64,000 nucleotides of DNA from a virus, in the IMG/VR virus record IMGVR_UViG_3300032323_003754, positions 19,214 through 83,213 of that record; one strand, written 5' to 3'. This document shows, piece after piece, positions 1 through 10,105 of this stretch. The number at the start of each line of letters is the position of its first letter. The first letter of the stretch is position 1. The position numbers were made by a program, and so were the translations under genes. The notes beneath the pieces are model-generated. The model made no database searches, was not told where the DNA came from, and saw only the letters and a program-made list of their open reading frames with translations.

Positions 1-2
1 CC

Positions 3-758
3 AGTGTTGGAGAGATTAATAGTAGAATGATGTTTATAGATTTAATGGCAAATCTATTAGCAATTGGCAGTGACTATGGTAAATTTTTAGTACCTCAATT
101 ATTAGTAGGATCAAATAAACAAGGTATTGGATTTCCTGGAGGTTCTAAGGGATTTGTTAAACATCTAACACACCCGGTAGAATTTCTAAATGATATGCTT
201 AAACTTAACTTCGAGGCTGAGGTAAAATCTAAGATAGAAAACATAAACGGCACTTTAGAAAAATCTAAAGCAGAGATTCAAGGTCTAAGTAAAGGACAAC
301 CCCTTCCTAAAGACGGGCAGGTTTACAAAACGTTAACTGCAATGCTAACCAATGATTTAGTAAACCAGTTAATCTATGAGCCTATAATGCTTTCCGGATA
401 TCCAACCGGTGAGTGGCACGTTGTCGTAGGAAATCCGCTGAATCCTATTGCTATGATTGGAAATCTAATATGCACTAACGTTACCATTAAACTTAATAAC
501 GTTTTAGGACCTGATGATTTTCCAACGGAGTTAACTGCGGTCTTTAGTATGAAAGCAGCAAGACAGAAACACAGGGGTGATTTTGAAAGCATGTTTAATA
601 GAGGCAATGGAAGATTATATCTCGGTAAACTGCCAATCTCTGATGCTACACTTAACGCCCAAGTTGGTGCACTTAGCGGTAATGATATACAAGGACAATT
701 ATCAGGTAACACCAGAACCGATGCGGGTATGTTTGCATCAAACCCTGATGGCCAATAA
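3..758 (+). CDS. Probable tail/baseplate structural protein (5'-truncated by window edge)
   Basis: Frame is open from position 3, upstream of the ATG at 27; C-terminal GEWHVVVGNPLNPIAMIGNLIC..GPDDFPTEL block; lies directly upstream of the baseplate genes. Confidence 0.45.
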   Translation, partial: SVGEINSRMMFIDLMANLLAIGSDYGKFLVPQLLVGSNKQGIGFPGGSKGFVKHLTHPVEFLNDMLKLNFEAEVKSKIENINGTLEKSKAEIQGLSKGQPLPKDGQVYKTLTAMLTNDLVNQLIYEPIMLSGYPTGEWHVVVGNPLNPIAMIGNLICTNVTIKLNNVLGPDDFPTELTAVFSMKAARQKHRGDFESMFNRGNGRLYLGKLPISDATLNAQVGALSGNDIQGQLSGNTRTDAGMFASNPDGQ

Positions 759-771
759 TAATTAAAATCTG

Positions 772-1365
772 ATGATCAGTATAGATATTTTAAATAACAA
801 GCAAGAAAAAATCATTAACGGTGTTAATGTGGTTGATCTAACAACTCAGTCGATTAATCAGGACGTTACACCGGGATATTCTAGGTTTATAGTTACCACT
901 GAAGAAATGACAATGAGAGCAGATCTTGTTTCTCATATGTATTGTGGGAGTCATGATAAAATGGGGACACTTTTAAAAATAAACTCAATAGGTAATCCAT
1001 TTTCGCTTGATAGTAATGAGGTTCTATTTATACCGGATTCCCCAACATTAAGTAATCTTCCAAGAAAACCAGCAGGAGAAGAACAAGGGGAGGTTAGAAA
1101 ATCTTTTAGAAAACAACTACAGGAAAGAGTATCAAAAGTGTCCGAGAACAGAAAAGAATACCTTAATTCGGTAAGTATTAGTGAGGCAACACAAGTACCA
1201 TTACCTCCTAACGTTGCACAGGAGGGATCAGAGCAATTTAAAGTTGAAAATGGAAAACTTATTTTTGGATCTGATATAGGAGTTTGTAGAACAAAAATAC
1301 AACAGAACAGATCTGTTGCAACCATAAAATCAAGATTTGCTCAAAGACAAATTTTTGAATCATGA
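772..1365 (+). CDS. Baseplate wedge protein, T4 gp53-like (LysM-like)
   Basis: MRADLVSHMYCGS..LLKINSIGNPFSL..LFIP matches the gp53/LysM pattern; baseplate context. Confidence 0.7.
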   Translation: MISIDILNNKQEKIINGVNVVDLTTQSINQDVTPGYSRFIVTTEEMTMRADLVSHMYCGSHDKMGTLLKINSIGNPFSLDSNEVLFIPDSPTLSNLPRKPAGEEQGEVRKSFRKQLQERVSKVSENRKEYLNSVSISEATQVPLPPNVAQEGSEQFKVENGKLIFGSDIGVCRTKIQQNRSVATIKSRFAQRQIFES

Positions 1366-2873
1366 TAGACAGCAAAAAGACAATAGTACAATTAGATAAA
1401 GAAACTATAGTTCTTGATGAACTTTCTATTATAGATGAAATAGGATCATCCGATAAAAAAAAGGTTGAAACAACAGGAGCTAGAGAAGAAACATCGATAG
1501 GCTTTGGTGCTCCGTTGATTATCATAAACTCCTATATGGTTAGGAATATTGGATTTTTTAGACTAGATTTAAGCGAAAGAATACCCCAATTAATATTTAG
1601 ATTTACCCCAGAAGACGAAAGTTTTCTTTATACCTCATATCCTAAAGATGGAGATGTTGTTGGTCTTTATATAAGAGCAACATCTGAGCTTTATAAACCA
1701 ATAAGAATGGACATGCTAGTGACTGAGGTTCTTAGTCATTTTTCAATGTCTCCTATACCAGAAGACAGAGCAAACTCGTCTGGTGCATCTTTCACAATTA
1801 AAGCTCAAATGAGAATTCCTTCTCTATTTCAGCACATCTCTAAATCTTTTATAAATAAAACATCGTTTGAAACATTAAGAGAAATAGCAAAAGATCTTGG
1901 ACTAGGGTTTGCGTCTAACGAGAGAAATACTAACGACAGGATGAACTGGATATGTCCGAGTAAAACCTATTATAAATTCATGGAGGATGTAGGTAATTCT
2001 TCTTGGCTAGGCGAGGAAGATTTTTTTGATTGGTGGATAGATCAATATTATGTTTTAAATTTTGTAAATCTCAGAAAGCAATTATTAGAAAAAAGTAAAG
2101 ATGAGACTAAGATATTAGCAGCAATAGGAACCGAAAATGGAATTAGCGGAGGATTAAATGGAAATATTAAACCCAGTGAAATATCTATGCCTTTACTTAT
2201 AACAAACGATTCTTATTACAAAGAGTATCCTTTTTATATAACAGCTTATTCTGTTAAAAATTCATCCGGATATATTACAAACAATTTTGGATATTCTAGA
2301 GACTTAGAGTTTTATGATACTAGATTAGTTAGCGATAGACCTGTTAATAAATTTGTAAGTTATAATATTGAATATGTGACCCAAAAGAGTCTAGATCCTA
2401 GCAGTATACTTTTTAAAGGAAGAGTAAATGAGGATGTTTACAAGAACGAGAGAAAAAAAACATGGGCAGGAACTCAATACGGAGAGAATCAACACAAGAA
2501 TATACAACAAGCTTTAGTTCAAAATAGACTTAACAGATATGAGAACTTTAAGGTGTATCTAGAAACAAAAATGCACGCATACGTTCCGTGGGTTTATAGA
2601 GGACAAACTATACCAACCAGAATAGTTCATATGGATTCTATAACTGCAAGATCTAACTCAGTTGAAAGCAAACAGAATGATCCTATAGATGCTCAACAGC
2701 ACGAGGCTGGTAAAAAAGTAGATAATAAGTTTTTAAGTGGTGTGTATATGATCATGGGTTCTTATATTGAGTATATAGACAGTAGAATTACCCAGTCTTT
2801 TGTTTTAGGAAAAAGAGAATGGTTAATCAACGATGGAAGGGGATCAGATCCTGGACCTAAAGTATCTAAATAA
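1362..2873 (+). CDS. Baseplate hub protein (gp27/gpD-like)
   Basis: 503 aa between the gp53-like and gp5-like genes; TSFETLREIAKDLGLGFASN..WICP and C-terminal NKFLSGVYMI..Y are typical of hub proteins; ATGA overlap with upstream gene. Confidence 0.55.
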   Translation: MIDSKKTIVQLDKETIVLDELSIIDEIGSSDKKKVETTGAREETSIGFGAPLIIINSYMVRNIGFFRLDLSERIPQLIFRFTPEDESFLYTSYPKDGDVVGLYIRATSELYKPIRMDMLVTEVLSHFSMSPIPEDRANSSGASFTIKAQMRIPSLFQHISKSFINKTSFETLREIAKDLGLGFASNERNTNDRMNWICPSKTYYKFMEDVGNSSWLGEEDFFDWWIDQYYVLNFVNLRKQLLEKSKDETKILAAIGTENGISGGLNGNIKPSEISMPLLITNDSYYKEYPFYITAYSVKNSSGYITNNFGYSRDLEFYDTRLVSDRPVNKFVSYNIEYVTQKSLDPSSILFKGRVNEDVYKNERKKTWAGTQYGENQHKNIQQALVQNRLNRYENFKVYLETKMHAYVPWVYRGQTIPTRIVHMDSITARSNSVESKQNDPIDAQQHEAGKKVDNKFLSGVYMIMGSYIEYIDSRITQSFVLGKREWLINDGRGSDPGPKVSK

Positions 2874-2876
2874 AAA

Positions 2877-4955
2877 ATGGCAAGTTTTTTAAACGAAATT
2901 AAGGATAATCTCAGCAGTGTAACTGATCCCAATCAGATACTAAACCGTGGTGTAGATAAGCAAAGAACCACTTTTCTTAAGGGATTAAAATCAACGTCTT
3001 CTGGACAAAAAGAGGATCCAACTTATACCGGATTTAGAATAATGTTTGATATGGGACATAATGGATTAGTAGATCCTGAGACATTTCTTCCAATAAGTCC
3101 TTTATTCTCTAACGGAAGAAGTGGAGAGGGAAATCCTAAAATGATGAAGATGGACGGATCCGTAGATTTTTTCCATCTATCCAGACAAAAAATGTATCCA
3201 TTTCCTAACTATACCGAAAAGATGCACTATATGACTGCTGAAGGATATCTTAGACAAAGAAGAAGCAAAGCAGAGAATGGACTAGGCGGGAATTTAACAG
3301 ATAACACTGGTAGAGTTATAGCCGGAGATAGAAGTCAAATAAATGACAGTTCTATATCACATAGAGCAGACTCTTTAGTTGGATTTAAAAATTTATTAAC
3401 TAGTATTAACGAAAAAAGTCCTTGGTTTATTCAATCCATAGAGGGTCTTGATAAAGTATTAAGTGTTACACCTCCTAGACAAATTGGTGGGGGATCTTCG
3501 TACAGGGAACAAAGATCTGGAATTTTAACTTTTGATTGTATGGATTCCATTGATTTAAGAATTAATGCAATGGCAGAGCTTTATAGAAAAGCAACATACG
3601 ATTATCAAAATCACAGAGAATTACTACCGGCTAACTTAAGAAAGTTTAGAATGTGGATTATAGTAACGGAGATTAGACAGATAGATTTACAGAAAAACCT
3701 AGGAGATGTTTTAAATCCATTTAATATGCCAGGTGTTTCAAGTGCTGTTGAATCAATCCGTAACATAGCAAGCTCTGCTGGTGTATTGAAAGATAAATCT
3801 ACCGAATCAGAAAATCCTAAGAGAGATTTGGAATCCTTTGTAAAATCCTTTGAGAGGATGCAGCCTTATATTATGATTTACCAATTAGATCTTTGCGAAT
3901 TTAATTTTGATGAATCTTATGCGTTTGGAACTCTTTCTAATTCTAACCTTTCTTCCGGATCGCCAGTTAAAAATAGATTTAAAGTTCACGTTGGAGCTGC
4001 TAAAGAATATAAGTTACAATACAATATACTTTCAGATCTAATTAGAAACGAATCTATATTTGCTCCAATATTAATACAGGATAGTTGGAATTTACTTGGA
4101 TCTAAAATTCTAATGAAGAATGCAACTACCGATAACAATACGAATCTTTTTAGAAACCTAGCAAGCAACTTCATTAACAATTCAGTTGCTTCTGTAGTAC
4201 AACAACAGGTTTCTCCTATTGTTACGGGAGCTCTTCTAGGAAATGCCTACGGATTTAGATTATCAGATGCTGTCAGATCCCTTAATTCAGTTCAAGATGC
4301 AGTTAATGGTCTAAGTAACATAAGATCTCCATTTCAGAATTCAACCCCGCAGGCTAACGGTCTTGGCGGACCTAGTGAAAGACAATATCAGGTAGTAAGG
4401 GAGGATGTTTATCCAAATAATGCTAATCCACCAGCAGGGGGGAGTCTTGGAAATATTTTACCTGGTGGGGGAGCTCCTGGAACAGTGGGAGCTAATGATG
4501 TTTATCCGAATAGCCCAGGTAGTGATCTTGGATTACCGTCTAGAATTTATCCAAAATCTAATGATGATGTATACAGAAACGTAGGTGGAGATCTTACTAA
4601 TAGTGATCTTGGTGTACCGGATAGGGTCTATTCAAATCTGCCAAAAGAGGACGTTTATCCAAATAGCCCAGGAAGTGATTTAGGACTTCCAAAAAGAATC
4701 TATGTGACTACTAAGAACGAGGATCTTTATTCAGATTCACCAGGTAAGGATCTTGGTGTACCTGATAGGGTATACAGACAAAGCGATGGTGGAAACATGG
4801 ATCTCTATCCAGATTCTCCAGGAACTAGCTTAGGTCTACCTGATAGATCGTATCCAAATAACAGCGGTGATGATCAATATCCTGACTCTCCAGGAAGTGA
4901 TCTTGGTGTACCGACCAGGAACTATAAAACAATCAACGAAAGAGTGTATAAATAG
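2877..4955 (+). CDS. Putative tail/baseplate structural protein with C-terminal peptide repeats
   Basis: 692-aa ORF in the baseplate cluster; C-terminal DxYPxSPGxDLGxPxRxY repeats. Confidence 0.5.
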   Translation: MASFLNEIKDNLSSVTDPNQILNRGVDKQRTTFLKGLKSTSSGQKEDPTYTGFRIMFDMGHNGLVDPETFLPISPLFSNGRSGEGNPKMMKMDGSVDFFHLSRQKMYPFPNYTEKMHYMTAEGYLRQRRSKAENGLGGNLTDNTGRVIAGDRSQINDSSISHRADSLVGFKNLLTSINEKSPWFIQSIEGLDKVLSVTPPRQIGGGSSYREQRSGILTFDCMDSIDLRINAMAELYRKATYDYQNHRELLPANLRKFRMWIIVTEIRQIDLQKNLGDVLNPFNMPGVSSAVESIRNIASSAGVLKDKSTESENPKRDLESFVKSFERMQPYIMIYQLDLCEFNFDESYAFGTLSNSNLSSGSPVKNRFKVHVGAAKEYKLQYNILSDLIRNESIFAPILIQDSWNLLGSKILMKNATTDNNTNLFRNLASNFINNSVASVVQQQVSPIVTGALLGNAYGFRLSDAVRSLNSVQDAVNGLSNIRSPFQNSTPQANGLGGPSERQYQVVREDVYPNNANPPAGGSLGNILPGGGAPGTVGANDVYPNSPGSDLGLPSRIYPKSNDDVYRNVGGDLTNSDLGVPDRVYSNLPKEDVYPNSPGSDLGLPKRIYVTTKNEDLYSDSPGKDLGVPDRVYRQSDGGNMDLYPDSPGTSLGLPDRSYPNNSGDDQYPDSPGSDLGVPTRNYKTINERVYK
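4497..4925 (+). repeat. Six degenerate ~23-27 aa coding repeats D[VL]YP[ND]SPGSDLG[LV]PxRxY
   Basis: Directly visible in the translation and as recurring ccaggaagtgatcttggt-like DNA. Confidence 0.9.
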
Positions 4956-4997
4956 GGGTTTTAGAAACAGGGATAAATAAGGTAAAATATTGTTTGT

Positions 4998-5777
4998 ATG
5001 CCTTTAGACAATCTCCAAGAATCCAATATAGAAAGAAGCCAGCATTTCCTTGGTGTAATCGTCGATAATAAAGATCCTGAATTCAGAGCAAGATGTAAAG
5101 TCAGGGTTTTTGGTGTTTTCGATGATATACAAGACCCGGATCTACCTTGGGCTTTTCAAAGATTTGATATTTCTTTCGGAGATAACGGAGGATCTGGTAG
5201 GGTAAGTATACCGAAATTAGGAGCAATTGTTCATGTTCAATTTAATAATGGTAATTATTATGCACCTGAATATAAAGCTGTACAAGAACTTTCAGCAGAT
5301 CTGATAGAAGAACTAAAAAGTTCTTATGAAGGAGCACATTCCTTAATATACGATGGTATAGAAAATCTTAGAATATTTTATACAGTTGCAAAAGGACTAA
5401 CAATAGACTTAAAAGACTCAACCGTTGTTATATCTAATGATAATTCTATAACATTTACCCACGCTGGTCAAACGTGTACCCTTGAATTTAGAGGTGGAAA
5501 AATAACAGAGTTTGCAAATTCTGAAATCGAAAGCACCGCAACTACTAGAATTAAACAAAGTAGTAATGAAGTTTGGGTTGATGGAAAGGTAACTAAACTT
5601 GGACACTCCCCAGTATACTCTGCGGTACTTGCGGAACCTCTCTGGATGTTTTTAAAACAGATGGCTTCTGCAATAGACGCAAAACTTCCTTCTACACCTG
5701 GTGCTATGTCTAGTTTAGCAGAGAGCTATGAACAGCTATCAACATCCGATGTAGTTAAGGTAACAAAGAGCAATTAG
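4998..5777 (+). CDS. Baseplate central spike, gp5/VgrG-type OB-fold protein
   Basis: GVIVDNKDPEFRARCKVRVFG..LPWA..SIPKLGAIVHVQF is the gp5 N-terminal OB-fold signature; no lysozyme domain seen. Confidence 0.85.
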   Translation: MPLDNLQESNIERSQHFLGVIVDNKDPEFRARCKVRVFGVFDDIQDPDLPWAFQRFDISFGDNGGSGRVSIPKLGAIVHVQFNNGNYYAPEYKAVQELSADLIEELKSSYEGAHSLIYDGIENLRIFYTVAKGLTIDLKDSTVVISNDNSITFTHAGQTCTLEFRGGKITEFANSEIESTATTRIKQSSNEVWVDGKVTKLGHSPVYSAVLAEPLWMFLKQMASAIDAKLPSTPGAMSSLAESYEQLSTSDVVKVTKSN

Positions 5778-5782
5778 TCTAA

Positions 5783-8700
5783 ATGGAAATAAACCCGGAT
5801 AAACTCCAAGATATAGTAGATCAAATCAAGAGCGGAAAAATAACTCCGCAGGATGCAGCAGGAATGTTGGGTGGGACATCAGACCCTATACCTACTGACG
5901 AAGAGATTATAGCAAACGGTAAAGAATTGGAAAATTCTATAGTTCCTGTTCCTCTGATATTAAGCGATGATGATATTAACGATCTTACGTGTACATATTC
6001 TGGTGAAGAATTAGCTAATAGAATGTTTTGGCTAATACTGGAAAGACAAGGATACCTTGACAGGATATCAGATGTTCCCGATTTTAGAACAAACAGGTCT
6101 TTCGATTCTTTTTTAACAAAAAAAGGATTGGAGATAGAATTAAACAGTGCCAAGGAAATGGTTTCTGATAATCTTGATCTGGATGGTATAGGAATTAAAT
6201 TTAGTGGGTCAAATAGAAAAGTAAGAAATTTCGGGATTGGACCTTTCCGGTTTCAAATTAATATTATAACAAATAAAGGAATACCCCTATTTTTTCATAT
6301 TGCACCTCCTAAATTAAATCTAGGCCAAATAGTAGATAGAATAAAATCAAGAATTACCCCGTCAGAGGGAAAATGCAAACAATCTACTATAGACGAGGAT
6401 TCAATGCTTCAGTCGTTGCAAGAACTTTTAGACCAGGAAGAAGAAAATAGAAATCTTAACAATCTGGATAATATTGTGGACGAAGTATTTTGTGAACCAA
6501 ACATACCAATTAATCCAGAAACTGGGGAACCACTATTCACAGAGAAAGACCTTAAAACATTTATACAAGAAATATGTGAGCCCGAACAGGAAACTCCAGA
6601 AGCACCTGTCATTCCAGAGATAGACATAGAGGATACTACTAAGTGTATAAATGAGACACTTTCACAGGCCAAGGGAATATTTAAAGATGTTAGAAGTAAT
6701 AATGAACTTAAATCTAGAAATGAAAAAGCAGAGAAGGAATTGGAGGAATTATTATATCACTATAGAATAATTCAAAATTTTTACAATACACTCAACTCTT
6801 CGTATAATCAAAAAATAAAAAACAAAAACAAGATAGATGCAGGGACGGTAACCCCATTAATAATAAAAAACAAAAGTTTAAGTTTTGTTAATGCGTTAAG
6901 ATCTTTTTCTGTTAGATTCAGCGGAAGTGATTTTACTACTTCCGGGTATACCGGAATTAATTTTGCTCTTTCGTATCCAACAGGACTTGGTAAATCTATA
7001 GAATACGAAACGGTAAAATCAGATTCCTCTAGTGAGCTATTATCTGACACATACCAAACCATTGACATAACTAAATTACAGTTAGGAATGGAGTTTTCAA
7101 AAAATGGTATACTAGGATCAGGAAATACCTCATTCTTAAAATCCTATAAAAATTTTATTACCTTAAAGGATCAAAATCCAAAGCTTAATAGTGAATTTTT
7201 CTCTTTTGTTAGCGACGTACAAAATACCAATAAATCAAAAGATGAAATAATAAAATCCATAGAAAAGGATCATGGATTTTTGTATTCTAATTTGTTAGAA
7301 TCATCTGCAAGTCCCTGGTTATTCTTTAATTCTACGGAAAGAGGAGATAATGATGCAAGAAAATCTGAGGATCTTAAACCGTCCAGCACAGATAGTGACG
7401 GAAATCCAAACCCAGAGTTTATAAATTTTTGGGGGGATTATAAGATTTCTTGGGACAAAAAATACACAAGTAAACAGAAAGAGATAGATCTCAAAATAGA
7501 GGAGATTAAAAAGATATCTGATGTCTTTGCAGAATCTCTTACTGATCACTATATAGTGTTTGGTAGCGGATTAGGCGACACACAAAAATCTCTAAAAGAA
7601 ACCTCAGATGCTATAGACGGAAGAGTTTTAGAGATAAAAAACCTATTGATGACTATCGGTGAATCTATACAAAAGCTTGACCAACAAAATTCTGGAGATA
7701 CATTATCTTCTAGAGCATCTTCGATAAAGTGTGGAAAAAATGACGATCCTGGGGTTAAAGTAAAATGTCCATCAGACTGTTGTGGACCTGCAGGATCTGG
7801 GTTAAATAAAGGATTAAATCCTAATACATCATACGGATCTGTAGATTGTCCAACTTTTTATACTAAATGTTATTGGAAGGAGTTTTCGAAAAAAGCTAAT
7901 ATAGTAGGATTACTCCCAGTATTAAACGGGGTTCCTCCTATTGAAAACCCAGCTCAATTCGCTCCTAATTTAGGAATGAAATATTGGCCAGTAGGATATC
8001 TACCGCCATCTTTTATTCCTCTACCTCCTCCGTTAGTTAATCCTCTAGACGGATTACCATTCATAAGAATACCAATGCCAATGATATGGACAAAGGTAGA
8101 TCCTATAGTTATACCTTTACCAGTAGGATTAATAGTAATATTCATTCCTTTTATAGGTGGGTTTATGCCTAGCCCTCTAGTATTTTTTTATGATTTCTTA
8201 ACCGGTAATTCTATATTTCTTTTAGGTATGAGAGGTTTTAGATTTATCCCTAGAAAATCTGATCCTGTTATACCAGACCCGTTGGAAAATTACAAAAAGT
8301 TTTTATCTTTTGGTATACCTAATTATCTTTTCCCTTTTAGTAATCTAGGAGGTGATAACGTAGATTCTTCTGGAAGATTACTACAAGAAGTAATTTCTAA
8401 TGTTGAAAAACAACTAACAAATGTACAGAAGAATGTTGATTTTTCTAAAATTCAAAAAGTACAGGATGACATTGCTAAAAAGAAAAAAGATTTAGAAGAT
8501 GAAGCACTTGAACTGAAAAGAAAAAGCGCAATCGAAGGAAAGGAAGCATACAATGAGAAGAAGAAACAATTAGAAGAAATATCTAAAAGTTTTGATTCAC
8601 TGAAAGAATCTTCGATAAAAGATACTCTTAAGGATCATTTAAAAAACTCTATAGATCTTCCTGATGTTACATTTCCTAAAAATTCAAAAAACCTAATAGC

Positions 8701-10084
8701 AGAAATACCTTCCCCTATAAAAAGAATACAGGACATAAACTCAAAAACAAAACTTGGAAGTTTACCCGAGGTCCCTTTTATAAATCTGCATTCCCGTATT
8801 TTAAGTAAGATCAATTCAGTAAAAATACCAGAGGATCCAAAGTTTAAAGAACAGAATAAAAATCTTTCTGCTGATTCAAAAATAGTAGCATCTTTTAATA
8901 ATAAGCTTTCTGAGATCAATAAAAGTGAAGAAGATCTATCTAAAATGAATAGTTTAGTTTCTAAGACTGTTGGTGATTATTTGAATTCCAAAGATTCACC
9001 CTTAAGTTCTAAATCTTTATTATCTTTTAAACCTAAAATAAATTCAATACCTAAGATTGGTGGAGAAACGATAGCTGCTGCAGGATTGGTAGAGAATATA
9101 CCTAACCCAGTAATAGACTCGTTAAAATCCCAATTAAGTAATGGGATTAAATTAAACACTAAAGACCTAACGGATCTTGTTAATAATACTGCTATAGGAG
9201 AGAATAAAGTATTAAGAGCTAGAGATTTAAAACTTATAGTAAAAAACACAGTGAATAAATCCCTTAGTGCGTTTCCTGTAGATCTTAAAAAATTCAGCAT
9301 ACCTGATCCTGCTAGTGCTGCTAACATAGCAAAAAGTATAAGTGGGTTTTCTTCATCCCTTGAAATTCCTCCATTTCCTCCTAAGAAAAGTGGAAATCCT
9401 GCTTCTCCCCTTGGAATAGGTGGTATTCCCCAAATACAAATACCGGGTAAGGTGATTAGTAATTTTTTGGTAGAGGGAATGTCGTCATCGATAGATTCAC
9501 TGGATATTAATTCAATTATTCCGGGTGGTCTTAATGCTTTTCAAGATTTAAGTGCAGATGATATTAAATCTATGGGAAAAAACATTGCAACAAATTTTAC
9601 AAAAAAAGCTAAAATTCCTGCAATAGAAAATATACCTCAAATTCCTTTAACTGCTAGACCCCAGGATTTTACCGAGTTAACGATGAACTTTTTACCTATT
9701 CATCCTTTTTCTGACATAGCTTTTACCCTTCTCTGGACAAAGTATAAAATGGTTCCTAGAATACCAGTACAATCCTCTTCTATAAAACCGATCAGAGATA
9801 TACAAAATGCATTGATTTATAATATACCTTGGCCGGTTGCTGCTTTAATGGGAAGAAATTTATTAAATATAATAAACCCTCTCTTTACTATAGATGATAT
9901 TCCTAGATGGGATAGAATGACTTTAAAGAATCCTTTTTTCGTTGTTTTCCTTGATGAGTTTTTAAGATCAGCAGCAGATATATCGGGAGGCTTTAAATTC
10001 TTTGTGGGTGCGGGAAAATTATTTTATCCCCTCCCAGATTCTGAAATTAATTTAGGGTTTGGTACTAAAATTAAAATAAACTAA
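5783..10084 (+). CDS. Large hypothetical virion protein (coiled coils, central Cys cluster, Pro-rich hydrophobic segment)
   Basis: 1433-aa ORF directly downstream of the gp5-like gene. Confidence 0.55.
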   Translation: MEINPDKLQDIVDQIKSGKITPQDAAGMLGGTSDPIPTDEEIIANGKELENSIVPVPLILSDDDINDLTCTYSGEELANRMFWLILERQGYLDRISDVPDFRTNRSFDSFLTKKGLEIELNSAKEMVSDNLDLDGIGIKFSGSNRKVRNFGIGPFRFQINIITNKGIPLFFHIAPPKLNLGQIVDRIKSRITPSEGKCKQSTIDEDSMLQSLQELLDQEEENRNLNNLDNIVDEVFCEPNIPINPETGEPLFTEKDLKTFIQEICEPEQETPEAPVIPEIDIEDTTKCINETLSQAKGIFKDVRSNNELKSRNEKAEKELEELLYHYRIIQNFYNTLNSSYNQKIKNKNKIDAGTVTPLIIKNKSLSFVNALRSFSVRFSGSDFTTSGYTGINFALSYPTGLGKSIEYETVKSDSSSELLSDTYQTIDITKLQLGMEFSKNGILGSGNTSFLKSYKNFITLKDQNPKLNSEFFSFVSDVQNTNKSKDEIIKSIEKDHGFLYSNLLESSASPWLFFNSTERGDNDARKSEDLKPSSTDSDGNPNPEFINFWGDYKISWDKKYTSKQKEIDLKIEEIKKISDVFAESLTDHYIVFGSGLGDTQKSLKETSDAIDGRVLEIKNLLMTIGESIQKLDQQNSGDTLSSRASSIKCGKNDDPGVKVKCPSDCCGPAGSGLNKGLNPNTSYGSVDCPTFYTKCYWKEFSKKANIVGLLPVLNGVPPIENPAQFAPNLGMKYWPVGYLPPSFIPLPPPLVNPLDGLPFIRIPMPMIWTKVDPIVIPLPVGLIVIFIPFIGGFMPSPLVFFYDFLTGNSIFLLGMRGFRFIPRKSDPVIPDPLENYKKFLSFGIPNYLFPFSNLGGDNVDSSGRLLQEVISNVEKQLTNVQKNVDFSKIQKVQDDIAKKKKDLEDEALELKRKSAIEGKEAYNEKKKQLEEISKSFDSLKESSIKDTLKDHLKNSIDLPDVTFPKNSKNLIAEIPSPIKRIQDINSKTKLGSLPEVPFINLHSRILSKINSVKIPEDPKFKEQNKNLSADSKIVASFNNKLSEINKSEEDLSKMNSLVSKTVGDYLNSKDSPLSSKSLLSFKPKINSIPKIGGETIAAAGLVENIPNPVIDSLKSQLSNGIKLNTKDLTDLVNNTAIGENKVLRARDLKLIVKNTVNKSLSAFPVDLKKFSIPDPASAANIAKSISGFSSSLEIPPFPPKKSGNPASPLGIGGIPQIQIPGKVISNFLVEGMSSSIDSLDINSIIPGGLNAFQDLSADDIKSMGKNIATNFTKKAKIPAIENIPQIPLTARPQDFTELTMNFLPIHPFSDIAFTLLWTKYKMVPRIPVQSSSIKPIRDIQNALIYNIPWPVAALMGRNLLNIINPLFTIDDIPRWDRMTLKNPFFVVFLDEFLRSAADISGGFKFFVGAGKLFYPLPDSEINLGFGTKIKIN

Positions 10085-10105
10085 AAATATCTAAAAACAA
10101 AAAAA

